Below are positions 24,225 to 31,929 of a stretch of DNA of 32,000 nucleotides, piece by piece (positions within the stretch are counted from its first letter, which is position 1; each line of letters starts with the position of its first letter). The position numbers and the translations under genes were made by a program. Where the stretch lies: assembly GCA_041659405.1 (NCBI GenBank), contig JBAZYK010000009.1, forward strand, positions 1-32,000. Reading direction: 5' to 3'. Source of the DNA: Candidatus Altimarinota bacterium. Its GTDB lineage: Bacteria > Patescibacteriota > Gracilibacteria > UBA1369. A model generated the notes under the pieces. The model did not search any database, was not told where the DNA came from, and saw nothing but the letters and a program-made list of their open reading frames with translations.

Positions 24225-26126
24225 TTAATTAATTTTCACATCAATCAAATCCGCAACAATCTCTTTGGTTCGATCAAAAATTTCATGTGCGGTAAATTGC
24301 CTGCCGCTATATTTCAAAATTTTATGAGGGATGAAGAACCCGGTTTTTTCTGATATTAAAGCCGCCAATTGAGCCTCACTATTCATCTCCACATCAATCA
24401 TCAATTTGCACGCTCGCAAAATTTCATTAATTTCTTTGGAGTGAAATGGCGACATATAAACAATTTGCAACATTTGTGCGTGCACTCCTTCCGCTTCCAA
24501 CATTTCCATAACTTCCAAAACCGCATCTTTTGGCGATCCCCAAGTAACAAAAGTAATGTCAGCTTTGCTCGCATCTTTTAACGAAACCGGTACGCGCTTC
24601 AAAACAGAACTTCCCGCGGTTCCCTTATCATCATTAATTTCCCTTTCCACTCTTATCAAATGTGGCGCAGGAATTTCCACCAAAGCTTTTTGTAATTTTA
24701 GAGCACGTTTTTCAACCATCCTGCTGCGATTTTCCTCGGTTTCGGTTAAATCGCCCGTTTCATCATGTTCATCAGTCGCGCTGCGATGAATGCCACCTTT
24801 CATTCCTGGAATTGTTCGATAAGAAACGCCATCGTCGGTAAATTTATAACGCATAAAATTATCATCCGGCGTTAGATATTCTTTCTTTGTTCGCAGTTCC
24901 TCAAGCCCCTTCTGGCTCAACAGCTTTCCACGATCAACTTTTAGTCCCTCAGTATTAAATTGCTCAACCGTTTTTACGCTTTCCGCCAAGTGTTTATCGC
25001 TCAAAATTAAAACCGGCGTTTGATATCTTTCCGCTTGATTAAAAGCTTCAAAAGTTAAATAAAAACACTCTTCAAAATCACCCGGCGCCATCACAATTCT
25101 TGGGAATTCACCCTGTGATGCATGCAAAACAAATTGCAAATCGCACTGCTCCGTGCGCGTAGGTAAGCCCGTAGAAGGACCCGGTCTTTGCACATTTACG
25201 CAAACCAACGGCACTTCGCACATTCCTCCAAACCCCAAAGCCTCCACCATCAAAGAAAATCCGCCGCCACTTGTTCCCGTCATCGCGCGCACTCCGGCCC
25301 ATCCGGCACCAACAACCATATTCATTGCCGCAATTTCATCCTCGGTATGTTTAACAATAATGTTGTAATCCTTGGCATGTGCAGCCATAAAATGCAGGAT
25401 GGAAGAACTTGGCGTCATCGGATATTCGGCCACAAATTTGCAACCCGCTTTCAACGCGCCCAAACATAAAGCATCATTCCCCGTGAGTAACATGCGCTTA
25501 GGTTGGTCTTCAACTTTTTGTAATTTATATTCAAATTTTTCGGGAGCACCCGCTGCATGTCCACCGTCTTTATAATTTTCACGCACATAATCATACCCTG
25601 CTTGAGCCGCAGCCAAATTATTGGCCACCATCTGCTCCCCTTTGCGCCCAAACATTTCCCTCAAAAGTTCAAATAAAATTTCCAAATCATAATCAACAAG
25701 AGCAAAACACGCCGCCACTCCAACCGTATTTCTGGTGATGTCCCCTTTCCCTTTTTCAATGGCGATTTTTTTGAGTGGCACCGCAAAAACCTTTACACCT
25801 TCAGGTATTTTTATAGTTTCCGGTTTGATCACATCCATATCAAAAACAACGCCTCCGCCCTGCACAATTTCTTTTAAATGCAGATCCAAAGTTTCTTTAT
25901 TCATGGCCAGTAGCAGATCCAGACGTTCTTTATGAACCATCACTTCTCGGTCCGCCACACGAATCACATCGCTGTTATGCCCGCCACGAATCAACGAAGG
26001 ATACTCAGCAGTTCCAAAAGCCTGCAAGCCTCCACGGGCTGCAGCAAGCGCAAAAATATGCCCGGCGCTCTGGATTCCAAATCCGGCTTCGCCACCAATC
26101 ATCCAAGTTAAATCGTTGAGTTTCAT
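24225..26126 (-). CDS. 2-oxoacid:ferredoxin oxidoreductase, fused gamma-alpha subunit
   Basis: 633 aa. The N-terminal gamma-type domain has IGGEAGFGIQSAGHIFALAA...YPSLIRGG. The alpha domain follows, with LLTGNDALCLGALKAGCKFVAEYPMTPSS and TSGGGFSLM. Separated by 10 nt from the beta subunit gene. Confidence 0.85.
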   Translation of the reverse strand: MKLNDLTWMIGGEAGFGIQSAGHIFALAAARGGLQAFGTAEYPSLIRGGHNSDVIRVADREVMVHKERLDLLLAMNKETLDLHLKEIVQGGGVVFDMDVIKPETIKIPEGVKVFAVPLKKIAIEKGKGDITRNTVGVAACFALVDYDLEILFELLREMFGRKGEQMVANNLAAAQAGYDYVRENYKDGGHAAGAPEKFEYKLQKVEDQPKRMLLTGNDALCLGALKAGCKFVAEYPMTPSSSILHFMAAHAKDYNIIVKHTEDEIAAMNMVVGAGWAGVRAMTGTSGGGFSLMVEALGFGGMCEVPLVCVNVQRPGPSTGLPTRTEQCDLQFVLHASQGEFPRIVMAPGDFEECFYLTFEAFNQAERYQTPVLILSDKHLAESVKTVEQFNTEGLKVDRGKLLSQKGLEELRTKKEYLTPDDNFMRYKFTDDGVSYRTIPGMKGGIHRSATDEHDETGDLTETEENRSRMVEKRALKLQKALVEIPAPHLIRVEREINDDKGTAGSSVLKRVPVSLKDASKADITFVTWGSPKDAVLEVMEMLEAEGVHAQMLQIVYMSPFHSKEINEILRACKLMIDVEMNSEAQLAALISEKTGFFIPHKILKYSGRQFTAHEIFDRTKEIVADLIDVKIN

Positions 26127-26231
26127 AATTGCAAAAAAATATTTTTAGTGAACCATGTTTTAGTCAAATTCTTCCGAAAAGGCCTTCCCTTAAGCCTCGC
26201 AAGCATACCCAAACCATATTAAAAGCGCAAA

Positions 26232-26576
26232 TTAATAATCGCACTCGGGCAAATCCTGATCCTCCTCCATTTTTTCGCAAGTTTCAATTTTTACAGTCTT
26301 AACAGTTCCCTCCCCAAATTTTTTATTGATAGCCTCCATAATCTGTTGCCGTTTCATCATTACGGTCTGCGCCCACATCGAATTATAAACACCAATTATT
26401 AAATTCGCGCGGCCCTCATCATAAGTTTTCGGAAAAGTTTCACGCACCCACGCCTCCGGAAATAATCCAGGCGCAATCTTTCGATATTCCTGACAAATAT
26501 GGATCGCCTTCATCTGCTTCGTAAAGCCATAATGGCCCGCCGCTTTAGCTAAGAAATTCTGTAATGGATCAAACAT
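26232..26576 (-). CDS. DUF721 / DciA-like protein
   Basis: 114 aa. The layout matches DUF721: I..W..I.P......T.P....EG..L.I.V.NS.WAQ......Q.I...N. Here that is ICQEYRKIAPGLFPE...ANLIIGVYNSMWAQTVMMKRQQIMEAINKKFG. The tail is acidic and Cys-containing. Confidence 0.5.
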   Translation of the reverse strand: MFDPLQNFLAKAAGHYGFTKQMKAIHICQEYRKIAPGLFPEAWVRETFPKTYDEGRANLIIGVYNSMWAQTVMMKRQQIMEAINKKFGEGTVKTVKIETCEKMEEDQDLPECDY

Positions 26577-26594
26577 TTTAAATTAATTATTGAT

Positions 26595-26742
26595 GATTTT
26601 TTACTCCTATTTTTTTGTGCAGACAACCTCGAGGCCGAGCGGGCATGGCTGCCGCAGGCAGAGCGAGGCCGAGAGCTTAGCGCGGCTCGACTCGCAGGGG
26701 CGAGCAAGCGGGTCTGCACGGAAAAATAGGAGTAAAAAAATC
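26595..26742 (+). repeat. Long intergenic hairpin (~30-bp AT-rich stem, 87-nt GC-rich core) between the GT4 gene and the DciA-like gene
   Basis: 26595-26624 (GATTTTTTACTCCTATTTTTTTGTGCAGAC) pairs with 26712-26742 (GTCTGCACGGAAAAATAGGAGTAAAAAAATC). The stem has one bulged A and two T-G pairs (26616/26720 and 26615/26721). Those are wobbles only in a plus-strand RNA. The core contains GAGGCCGAG twice and a CTGCC-GCA-GGCAG hairpin. The right arm ends in the GT4 stop codon. Confidence 0.8.
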
Positions 26743-27862
26743 AGTCCTGTTTATAAATTTTCAAAGTTTCCTGAGCCATTTTATCCCACGAGAAAAATTT
26801 CACCCGTTCAAGTCCACGGCGAATCAGCTCCTCACGCAGCGACTTTCGACTAATCACCTCAAAGATTTTTTCAGCCATATTTCGCACATTCATTGGATTA
26901 AAAAAGATCGCGTTTCCTTCTCCACAAATTTCCGGAATGCAGGAAGTATTAGAAGCCGCAACCGGAATTCCGCAGGCCATAGCCTCCAAAGGCGGCAACC
27001 CAAAACCCTCATACAATGAAGGAAAAACATACATTAGCGCGCCATTATACAATGGTATCAAATCCTCATCGGCAACCAATCCCGTAAAAATCACATCAGG
27101 TTCAAGCTGCAACGACATGGCTTTATCCACAATTTCAGGCGCGTACAAAGGATCTTGCCTGCCAGTTATCACCAAATATCCATCAAAACCATATTCATTT
27201 TTCAAAATATAAAAAGCCTCCAACAAATTCGTTAAATTTTTATGACTCCGCCAAACTCCGGTATACAGTAAATACGGCTTATCCAAATGATATTTCGCTT
27301 TTATCTTTTGTGTTTGAGCCGCGCTTTCTTCCACGCGTTTAAAATTTGATCCAACTCCTTCATAAATCACGGCGATTTTTTCTGCAGGAACTTTGAACAG
27401 TTTTTGCAGATCTTTGCTGGTATTTCGTGAAACCGCAATCACTTTTTCTGCCTTCTTCACCGCATGCCCAAGCGTTAATTGATAAGCAATTCTGTAAGCC
27501 GGAGAATTCATTTTTTTGCCCGGGTAAAAAGACAAAGTCAGATCATGAATTGTCACCACAAATGGCCGTCGATACAAAATTGGCGCATTAAAATGGGTAA
27601 AATGCATCATATCCAACTTTTCACGGTTCAGTATCCGCAAAAATTTCCATTGTTCCGCCATAGAATAATGTCGGGCATTCACCAAAACCTTTTTCACCCG
27701 CGGACTTTTTGGCTGAAACTTCTCAAATTCCGGTTCATTGAAAAACAAAACATACTCATTTTCCCGGTCGATTTCAAACAACCGGTCGGTTAATTCATGA
27801 ACATAGCGTCCAATCCCCGTAAAAGCCGATGAATACATCCGACAATCGATGCCAATTTTCAT
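26741..27862 (-). CDS. Glycosyltransferase family 4 (GT-B fold)
   Basis: 373 aa. Features: GIGRYVHEL near the N-terminus, and C-terminal YNGALMYVFPSLYEGFGLPPLEAMACGIPVAASNTSCIPE (the EX7E-type GT4 signature). Confidence 0.8.
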   Translation of the reverse strand: MKIGIDCRMYSSAFTGIGRYVHELTDRLFEIDRENEYVLFFNEPEFEKFQPKSPRVKKVLVNARHYSMAEQWKFLRILNREKLDMMHFTHFNAPILYRRPFVVTIHDLTLSFYPGKKMNSPAYRIAYQLTLGHAVKKAEKVIAVSRNTSKDLQKLFKVPAEKIAVIYEGVGSNFKRVEESAAQTQKIKAKYHLDKPYLLYTGVWRSHKNLTNLLEAFYILKNEYGFDGYLVITGRQDPLYAPEIVDKAMSLQLEPDVIFTGLVADEDLIPLYNGALMYVFPSLYEGFGLPPLEAMACGIPVAASNTSCIPEICGEGNAIFFNPMNVRNMAEKIFEVISRKSLREELIRRGLERVKFFSWDKMAQETLKIYKQD

Positions 27863-27870
27863 ATATGAGT

Positions 27871-28128
27871 TTATTTGTAAACGTCTTTTCTATGGCCAAC
27901 ATCATGTATTGTAATCAGATTTTGCTCTTTAATAAACAAAATTCTGTAATCGCCTACTCTTAAACGATATCCTTCTTTTGGAGCTCTCAATTTTTTAATG
28001 TTTAACGAATGGAATAATACAGGATCTGTTAATTTTTCAAGAGCGATTTGCGCGCGGTCCCTTAAAGATTTTCCCATCTTTAAAAATTGTTTCGAGGCCG
28101 ATCTTGTAAATTCCAATTTATAATTCAT
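27871..28128 (-). CDS. relE: RelE/ParE-family type II toxin
   Basis: 85 aa. The pattern YRLRVGDYRILF...ITIHDVGHRKDVYK is the classic RelE/StbE C-terminal pattern. There is a 4-nt ATGA overlap with the upstream antitoxin. Confidence 0.8.
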   Translation of the reverse strand: MNYKLEFTRSASKQFLKMGKSLRDRAQIALEKLTDPVLFHSLNIKKLRAPKEGYRLRVGDYRILFIKEQNLITIHDVGHRKDVYK

Positions 28129-28388
28129 CGGGTTTTCTTTTTTAAAGATTCCCAGGCAATATTTTTTTTACCTTTATTTTTAATGACAGATTTAACGAGT
28201 TTTTCGCTATCCACCTTGTCTTCATAAGCCTGCACTAAGCTATTATAGGTATCCAGATCAATCAAAACCGCCTGGATATTATCATTGGAAACAACCACGG
28301 GGTTGCCTTCAATAACCTGCTTAAAATAACTTGCCAATTTTTGGCGAAATTCAGTTATGCCTACATTTTTTTGGATTTTAACGTACAT
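28125..28388 (-). CDS. Phd/YefM-family antitoxin
   Basis: From ATG 28388: MYVKIQKNVGITEFRQKLASYFKQVIEGNPVVVSNDNIQAVLIDLDTYNSLVQAYE. This is the Phd/YefM N-terminal fold pattern. The tracked ORF extends to 28616, but that extension is low-complexity and hydrophobic and looks like non-coding sequence. Confidence 0.7.
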   Translation of the reverse strand: MYVKIQKNVGITEFRQKLASYFKQVIEGNPVVVSNDNIQAVLIDLDTYNSLVQAYEDKVDSEKLVKSVIKNKGKKNIAWESLKKKTR

Positions 28389-28515
28389 ATAAATGTTAGT
28401 TATAATGTAAATTTTAACGTACATTATAATAATATCTTGTAATGAAAAATTAGCAAGTCCAAGCATAGCAGAAGGATCATTAAAATAATCTAAAAAACTT
28501 ATTAAAAATGAACAC

Positions 28516-28544
28516 TTGCAAAAAAAGCCTCTCTTCATTATCAT
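28516..28544 (+). promoter_or_regulatory. Possible promoter for tRNA-Asp (TTGCAA-N17-TATCAT)
   Basis: -35 TTGCAA at 28516-28521 and -10 TATCAT at 28539-28544 with a 17-nt spacer, about 90 nt upstream of the tRNA. Confidence 0.3.
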
Positions 28545-28633
28545 TGGCAGGCAAATTTCGTGGATATATTCCAAAAAATGGTTCAATAAAGGCGCCCAAG
28601 GCTTATTTAAAGCCAAAAGGCAGGCGGAGACGT

Positions 28634-28710
28634 GGAGCGGTAGTTCAGCTGGTTAGAACGCCACACTGTCACTGTGGAGGTCGCGGGTTCGAGTCCCGTC
28701 CGTTCCGCCA
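28634..28710 (+). tRNA. tRNA-Asp (anticodon GUC), CCA encoded
   Basis: GGAGCGGTAGTTCAGCTGGTTAGAACGCCACACTGTCACTGTGGAGGTCGCGGGTTCGAGTCCCGTCCGTTCCGCCA. The 7-bp acceptor stem is GGAGCGG/CCGTTCC. The D arm is GTTC/GAAC. The anticodon stem is CCACA/TGTGG with loop CTGTCAC. The T arm has a TTCGAGT loop. It is nearly identical to canonical bacterial tRNA-Asp. Confidence 0.95.
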
Positions 28711-28713
28711 TGC

Positions 28714-29589
28714 CTAACTTTCTCCAAGCGCCTCCACAAAAATTTCTCCAATCTTTTTGATTTTTGCCGGATCCGGTTCAGTGTTAACCATGCTTAATGT
28801 TTTATCGCTCACGGAACCTTTGCACAAAAAACGTTTTGGGAAATCCATAACCAAAACTCTCCCCGGTCGGGCAATCATATAATCCGTGGTTTTGTGGATA
28901 TTTCTCTCGGCGGCATAAGGCTCATTTTCAGCCCACGGAATGCAATTTTTTTCAAAAAGAGTTCCAAAAATATCTCTCATTTTTAAATCAGCAAGATCCT
29001 CTTCGTCTTTTGGTCCCGTAATTATGTCCACCTTCGTTTCCGGCCCAACGCCAACGCCATTTTCGCGGGATAAAATATAGGCCTGAAGCTCTTTTTTACT
29101 AAATCCGGCTTTTACATCCGGTAACAGATTAGTATGCATACTATGTAGGCACAACATTTTTGCCGTCTCCGGAAGCACCGCCAACAATTGCTCAATTGAT
29201 TCAATAATCGATTCATGAATATCCAGCAAAATCTTTTTTGCATCTTCGGATATGTCCGGATTTATCACGGTGCCAAGCGCAAATTCGGGCCTGCGATTTA
29301 AATCCAAAATACCCCGGGCCACCTCAATACTTACCGCTATGCCCCCGGGAACATGGTTGATAATGTAATCAGTCAATGCCTTAGGCCCTTTATCACGTTT
29401 GATCTCCAAAACCTGTTTAAGCAGATCAACTTCTTTCGGAAAAAATTTCTTTACTTCATCCGGAAAAGCCAACCTGGAACTGTCATGCGGAACAAGCAAA
29501 AAATATCGCGGAGATGCGGAAGAAAGCGAATGCTGAACGCTAATCCAGCCCTTAGTTTCAGCCCGAGTTTTCGGAAGATTTATGCTCAT
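28714..29589 (-). CDS. N-formylglutamate amidohydrolase (FGase) family hydrolase
   Basis: 291 aa. Motifs in the order expected for PF05013-type proteins: LLVPHDSSRLAFP (N-terminal His), ARGILDLNR (the ...D.NR motif), LCLHSMH (the HS motif) and ENEPYA (the N.PY motif). Substrate is unknown. Confidence 0.5.
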   Translation of the reverse strand: MSINLPKTRAETKGWISVQHSLSSASPRYFLLVPHDSSRLAFPDEVKKFFPKEVDLLKQVLEIKRDKGPKALTDYIINHVPGGIAVSIEVARGILDLNRRPEFALGTVINPDISEDAKKILLDIHESIIESIEQLLAVLPETAKMLCLHSMHTNLLPDVKAGFSKKELQAYILSRENGVGVGPETKVDIITGPKDEEDLADLKMRDIFGTLFEKNCIPWAENEPYAAERNIHKTTDYMIARPGRVLVMDFPKRFLCKGSVSDKTLSMVNTEPDPAKIKKIGEIFVEALGES

Positions 29590-29651
29590 GATTTAATACT
29601 AACATTTCAAATCATGGCTGAACAAGAAAATTCATAAATAATTTAAGATTA

Positions 29652-29680
29652 TTGTACTAACATTGTTAGTGCATTATAAT
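29652..29680 (+). promoter_or_regulatory. Promoter with embedded palindromic operator for the DinJ-like/toxin operon
   Basis: -35 TTGTAC at 29652-29657 and -10 TATAAT at 29675-29680 with a 17-nt spacer. The spacer holds the inverted repeat ACTAACA-T-TGTTAGT (29656-29670). An extra half-site ACTAACAT lies at 29598-29605. Confidence 0.4.
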
Positions 29681-29709
29681 ATTGGCGGATATAATTTAAC
29701 TTCATCAAT

Positions 29710-29937
29710 ATGACCACATTAACCGTTCGCATAAAAGAAGATTTGAAAAATAAAGCCTTTAGTCATGCGGAAAAACTGGGGGTCCCGCTTACCTTGGTTG
29801 TCATCAATGCTCTGGAAAAATTTGTAAAATCACCACGGATTGTAATCGGAGAACCTGAAGCAATTGAGGTTACTCCCGCAATCCAGAAAAAAATGGATAA
29901 AATTAGCAAGTTACTCTCTAAAACCAAAAAAAAGTGA
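29710..29937 (+). CDS. RelB/DinJ-like (ribbon-helix-helix type) antitoxin
   Basis: 75 aa. LTVRIKEDLKNKAFSHAEKLGVPLTLVVINALEKFV follows the DinJ/RelB N-terminal pattern (beta strand, then two helices). There is a 4-nt GTGA overlap with the downstream ORF. Confidence 0.55.
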   Translation: MTTLTVRIKEDLKNKAFSHAEKLGVPLTLVVINALEKFVKSPRIVIGEPEAIEVTPAIQKKMDKISKLLSKTKKK

Positions 29938-30317
29938 AACTTATTATTACAAATGCGATTGATAAAGCTGAATTCGAGCCTTTGAAGAAGACTTTTAATC
30001 TGGAAATCATTAAAAATGCGGCAAGAAAATCGCTGCAAGGGCTAGGAAATGACATTAAAAGTTCTTTCAAAATTCCCGCCACTTCATTAAATAAAATTTA
30101 TTTAACTGGCCCTGGTAGCGCAGGAAGGGCCATGTTCTTGTTGAAGATTGGGGAGGCGAAGTCCGTTTTGGTAATGATTCGAACAAAAAAGGACAAACAA
30201 ATTGGTTTAAACATGACGATTAAAAATCCGAAATTTAAAAAAGCTCTCAATAAAAATTTAGGATTGATTATTGCTGACCTTGAACAAGGCAATTATCGTG
30301 AGTATGAGATTGTCTAA
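29934..30317 (+). CDS. Putative toxin partner, distantly RelE/HigB-superfamily-like
   Basis: 127 aa, GTG start overlapping the antitoxin stop. GPGSAGRAMFLLKIGEAKSVLVMIRTKKDKQIGLNMTIKNPKFKKALNKNL loosely follows the G.GG.R...... ...L...K.....N......LK pattern of DUF1044/Gp49-type RelE-fold toxins. The call is by resemblance only. Confidence 0.35.
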   Translation: MKLIITNAIDKAEFEPLKKTFNLEIIKNAARKSLQGLGNDIKSSFKIPATSLNKIYLTGPGSAGRAMFLLKIGEAKSVLVMIRTKKDKQIGLNMTIKNPKFKKALNKNLGLIIADLEQGNYREYEIV

Positions 30318-30327
30318 ATCATGCCAT

Positions 30328-30987
30328 CTACCCCTTTTTTTTCCTAAACAAAACATAAGAATAAACAATCGGCACCACTGCCACCAAAATCAAAACCGCA
30401 ATAGTTACAACCGCCATATTAAGTTGCAAAACCAGTGCATTTAAAAGGAAAATCAGCCCGCCAATCACAAACAATTTTCCGCCAAGGCGATTGGTTTTAT
30501 TCCAAACGTCTTCATTCGACAAAGTCCATGGTGTGCGCACGCCAATCATCCAATTGCTTTTGATTTTCCCCATATAATTGCCAATAATAATAAACAGAAA
30601 ACCAACCAAAACCAAAATCGCCCGGCCCATTGGAATATTGTAACCCAAAGCATAAGCGCCCGTCATAAAGTGCAGTACCGTCACAAATAAAACCACCACA
30701 TTCTTAAAAACATGATAAGGTTTTTCAAATTCAACATAACGTTCTTTTTTAGGATCGATAAATGGCACCAAAAGTAAAATTCCATAACACACAGCGGTAA
30801 TTGCCGGAGTCAAAAAAGCCGCAACCGCCGGCGATCCCCAGCCATTAACTTCCCCATCGATACCCCAATGAATCGGAACTGATTGCGGAAAATTCAGATA
30901 AAAATAAACCGAAACAACGAACGACAATATTATTAAACTCAGCGGAAAAATTTCCTTTTTAAAATCGATTTTGAAATTAGTTTTCAT
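30328..30987 (-). CDS. SdpI/YhfL-family integral membrane protein (DUF1648 + SdpI domains)
   Basis: 219 aa with about 6 TM helices. The DUF1648 motif is FPQSVPIHWGIDGEVNGWGS. The SdpI-type motif is KIKSNWMIGVRTPWTLSNEDVWNKTNRLGGKLF. Confidence 0.75.
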   Translation of the reverse strand: MKTNFKIDFKKEIFPLSLIILSFVVSVYFYLNFPQSVPIHWGIDGEVNGWGSPAVAAFLTPAITAVCYGILLLVPFIDPKKERYVEFEKPYHVFKNVVVLFVTVLHFMTGAYALGYNIPMGRAILVLVGFLFIIIGNYMGKIKSNWMIGVRTPWTLSNEDVWNKTNRLGGKLFVIGGLIFLLNALVLQLNMAVVTIAVLILVAVVPIVYSYVLFRKKKG

Positions 30988-31083
30988 GTGAAAGTAATTA
31001 AGATTTACGTTTATCGCCTTTATTCTACATCACTTTTCGTGCTAATAAATAACTTGTCATTTATTTTCTAAGATTGGCAGTAA

Positions 31084-31878
31084 ATGTTCTGGAAACACGT
31101 CATCAAGCCAAAACCATTGCGTCATAAAAGCAGAGAAAGCATTATCATTGAAGGAAAAAGTATTCCTTTTGAGTTGGTGCGAACCGCATCTGTGCGTGGC
31201 GCGTATTTAAAAATTACCGCCACGGGTTTGGAGGTGGTCATTCCTCTTCGCTATGATTCCGCGCGTCTTTCCAAATTATTGTACGAAAAAAAATCCTGGA
31301 TTTTAAAAAATCTTCAAAAGCATGCCGAACAAAAATCACAACATCAACATTTTCAGGATGGCCTAACTCTGCCTGTTTTTGGCCAATTAAAAATTATTCA
31401 TATTTATTTAACAACCAATAAGCGCGCACGAATTCGTGAAAACGAAAACGAAATAAATGTTTTCATCCCGCAAAATTTTAAAAGTGGAAACACTGAAAGT
31501 TTTCTGCCCCATAATCCGCAAAACCTGGCCAAATCCAAGAAATTTTTAGAAATTTTACTTCGCGAAAAAAGCAAAAAATATTTTCAGGAGCGCACGCGGG
31601 AACTCGGCAAAATCATGCAAACCGATTACGGAAAAATTACCATCCGTGACCAAAAAACGCGTTGGGGAAGCTGTTCTCGCACCAATAATCTCAACTTTAA
31701 TTGGCGCCTTATTTTTATGCCGTTACCTGTTACCGACTATATTATCATTCACGAATTGGCTCACACAGTTCACCATAACCACTCCAAAAGATTTCACGAT
31801 TTGGTGGAAAAATTCTGTCCGGACTACAAAGAAAAGCGCCAATGGTTAAAGCAAAATCAGCATACAGCCAATTGGTAA
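31084..31878 (+). CDS. YgjP-like M48-family metallopeptidase (DUF45)
   Basis: 264 aa. Motifs: RWGSCS, LNFNWRL and the zinc motif HELAHTVHHNHSKRF (HExxH). Confidence 0.8.
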   Translation: MFWKHVIKPKPLRHKSRESIIIEGKSIPFELVRTASVRGAYLKITATGLEVVIPLRYDSARLSKLLYEKKSWILKNLQKHAEQKSQHQHFQDGLTLPVFGQLKIIHIYLTTNKRARIRENENEINVFIPQNFKSGNTESFLPHNPQNLAKSKKFLEILLREKSKKYFQERTRELGKIMQTDYGKITIRDQKTRWGSCSRTNNLNFNWRLIFMPLPVTDYIIIHELAHTVHHNHSKRFHDLVEKFCPDYKEKRQWLKQNQHTANW

Positions 31879-31929
31879 GCCCGCCACACCGCCGGACGAT
31901 AGCCCCTCATCCGCTTCGTCTCAAACCAG

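Noticed and set aside
26590-26853. 87-aa ORF (MMIFYSYFFVQTTSRPSGHGCRRQSEAE...)
   Set aside because: It is a translation of hairpin element D plus the antisense strand of the well-supported GT4 gene. Arg/Ser-rich composition typical of GC-rich non-coding sequence.
28389-28616. N-terminal 76-residue extension of the Phd-like ORF (MALNKPWAPLLNHF...)
   Set aside because: The extension is hydrophobic, low-complexity and AT-rich, and it contains the putative promoter and repeat region. Phd/YefM antitoxins are about 80-90 aa, which matches the ATG at 28388.
28508-28717. 69-aa ORF overlapping 28634-28710
   Set aside because: Its C-terminal half is the tRNA-Asp gene read as protein, so it is spurious.
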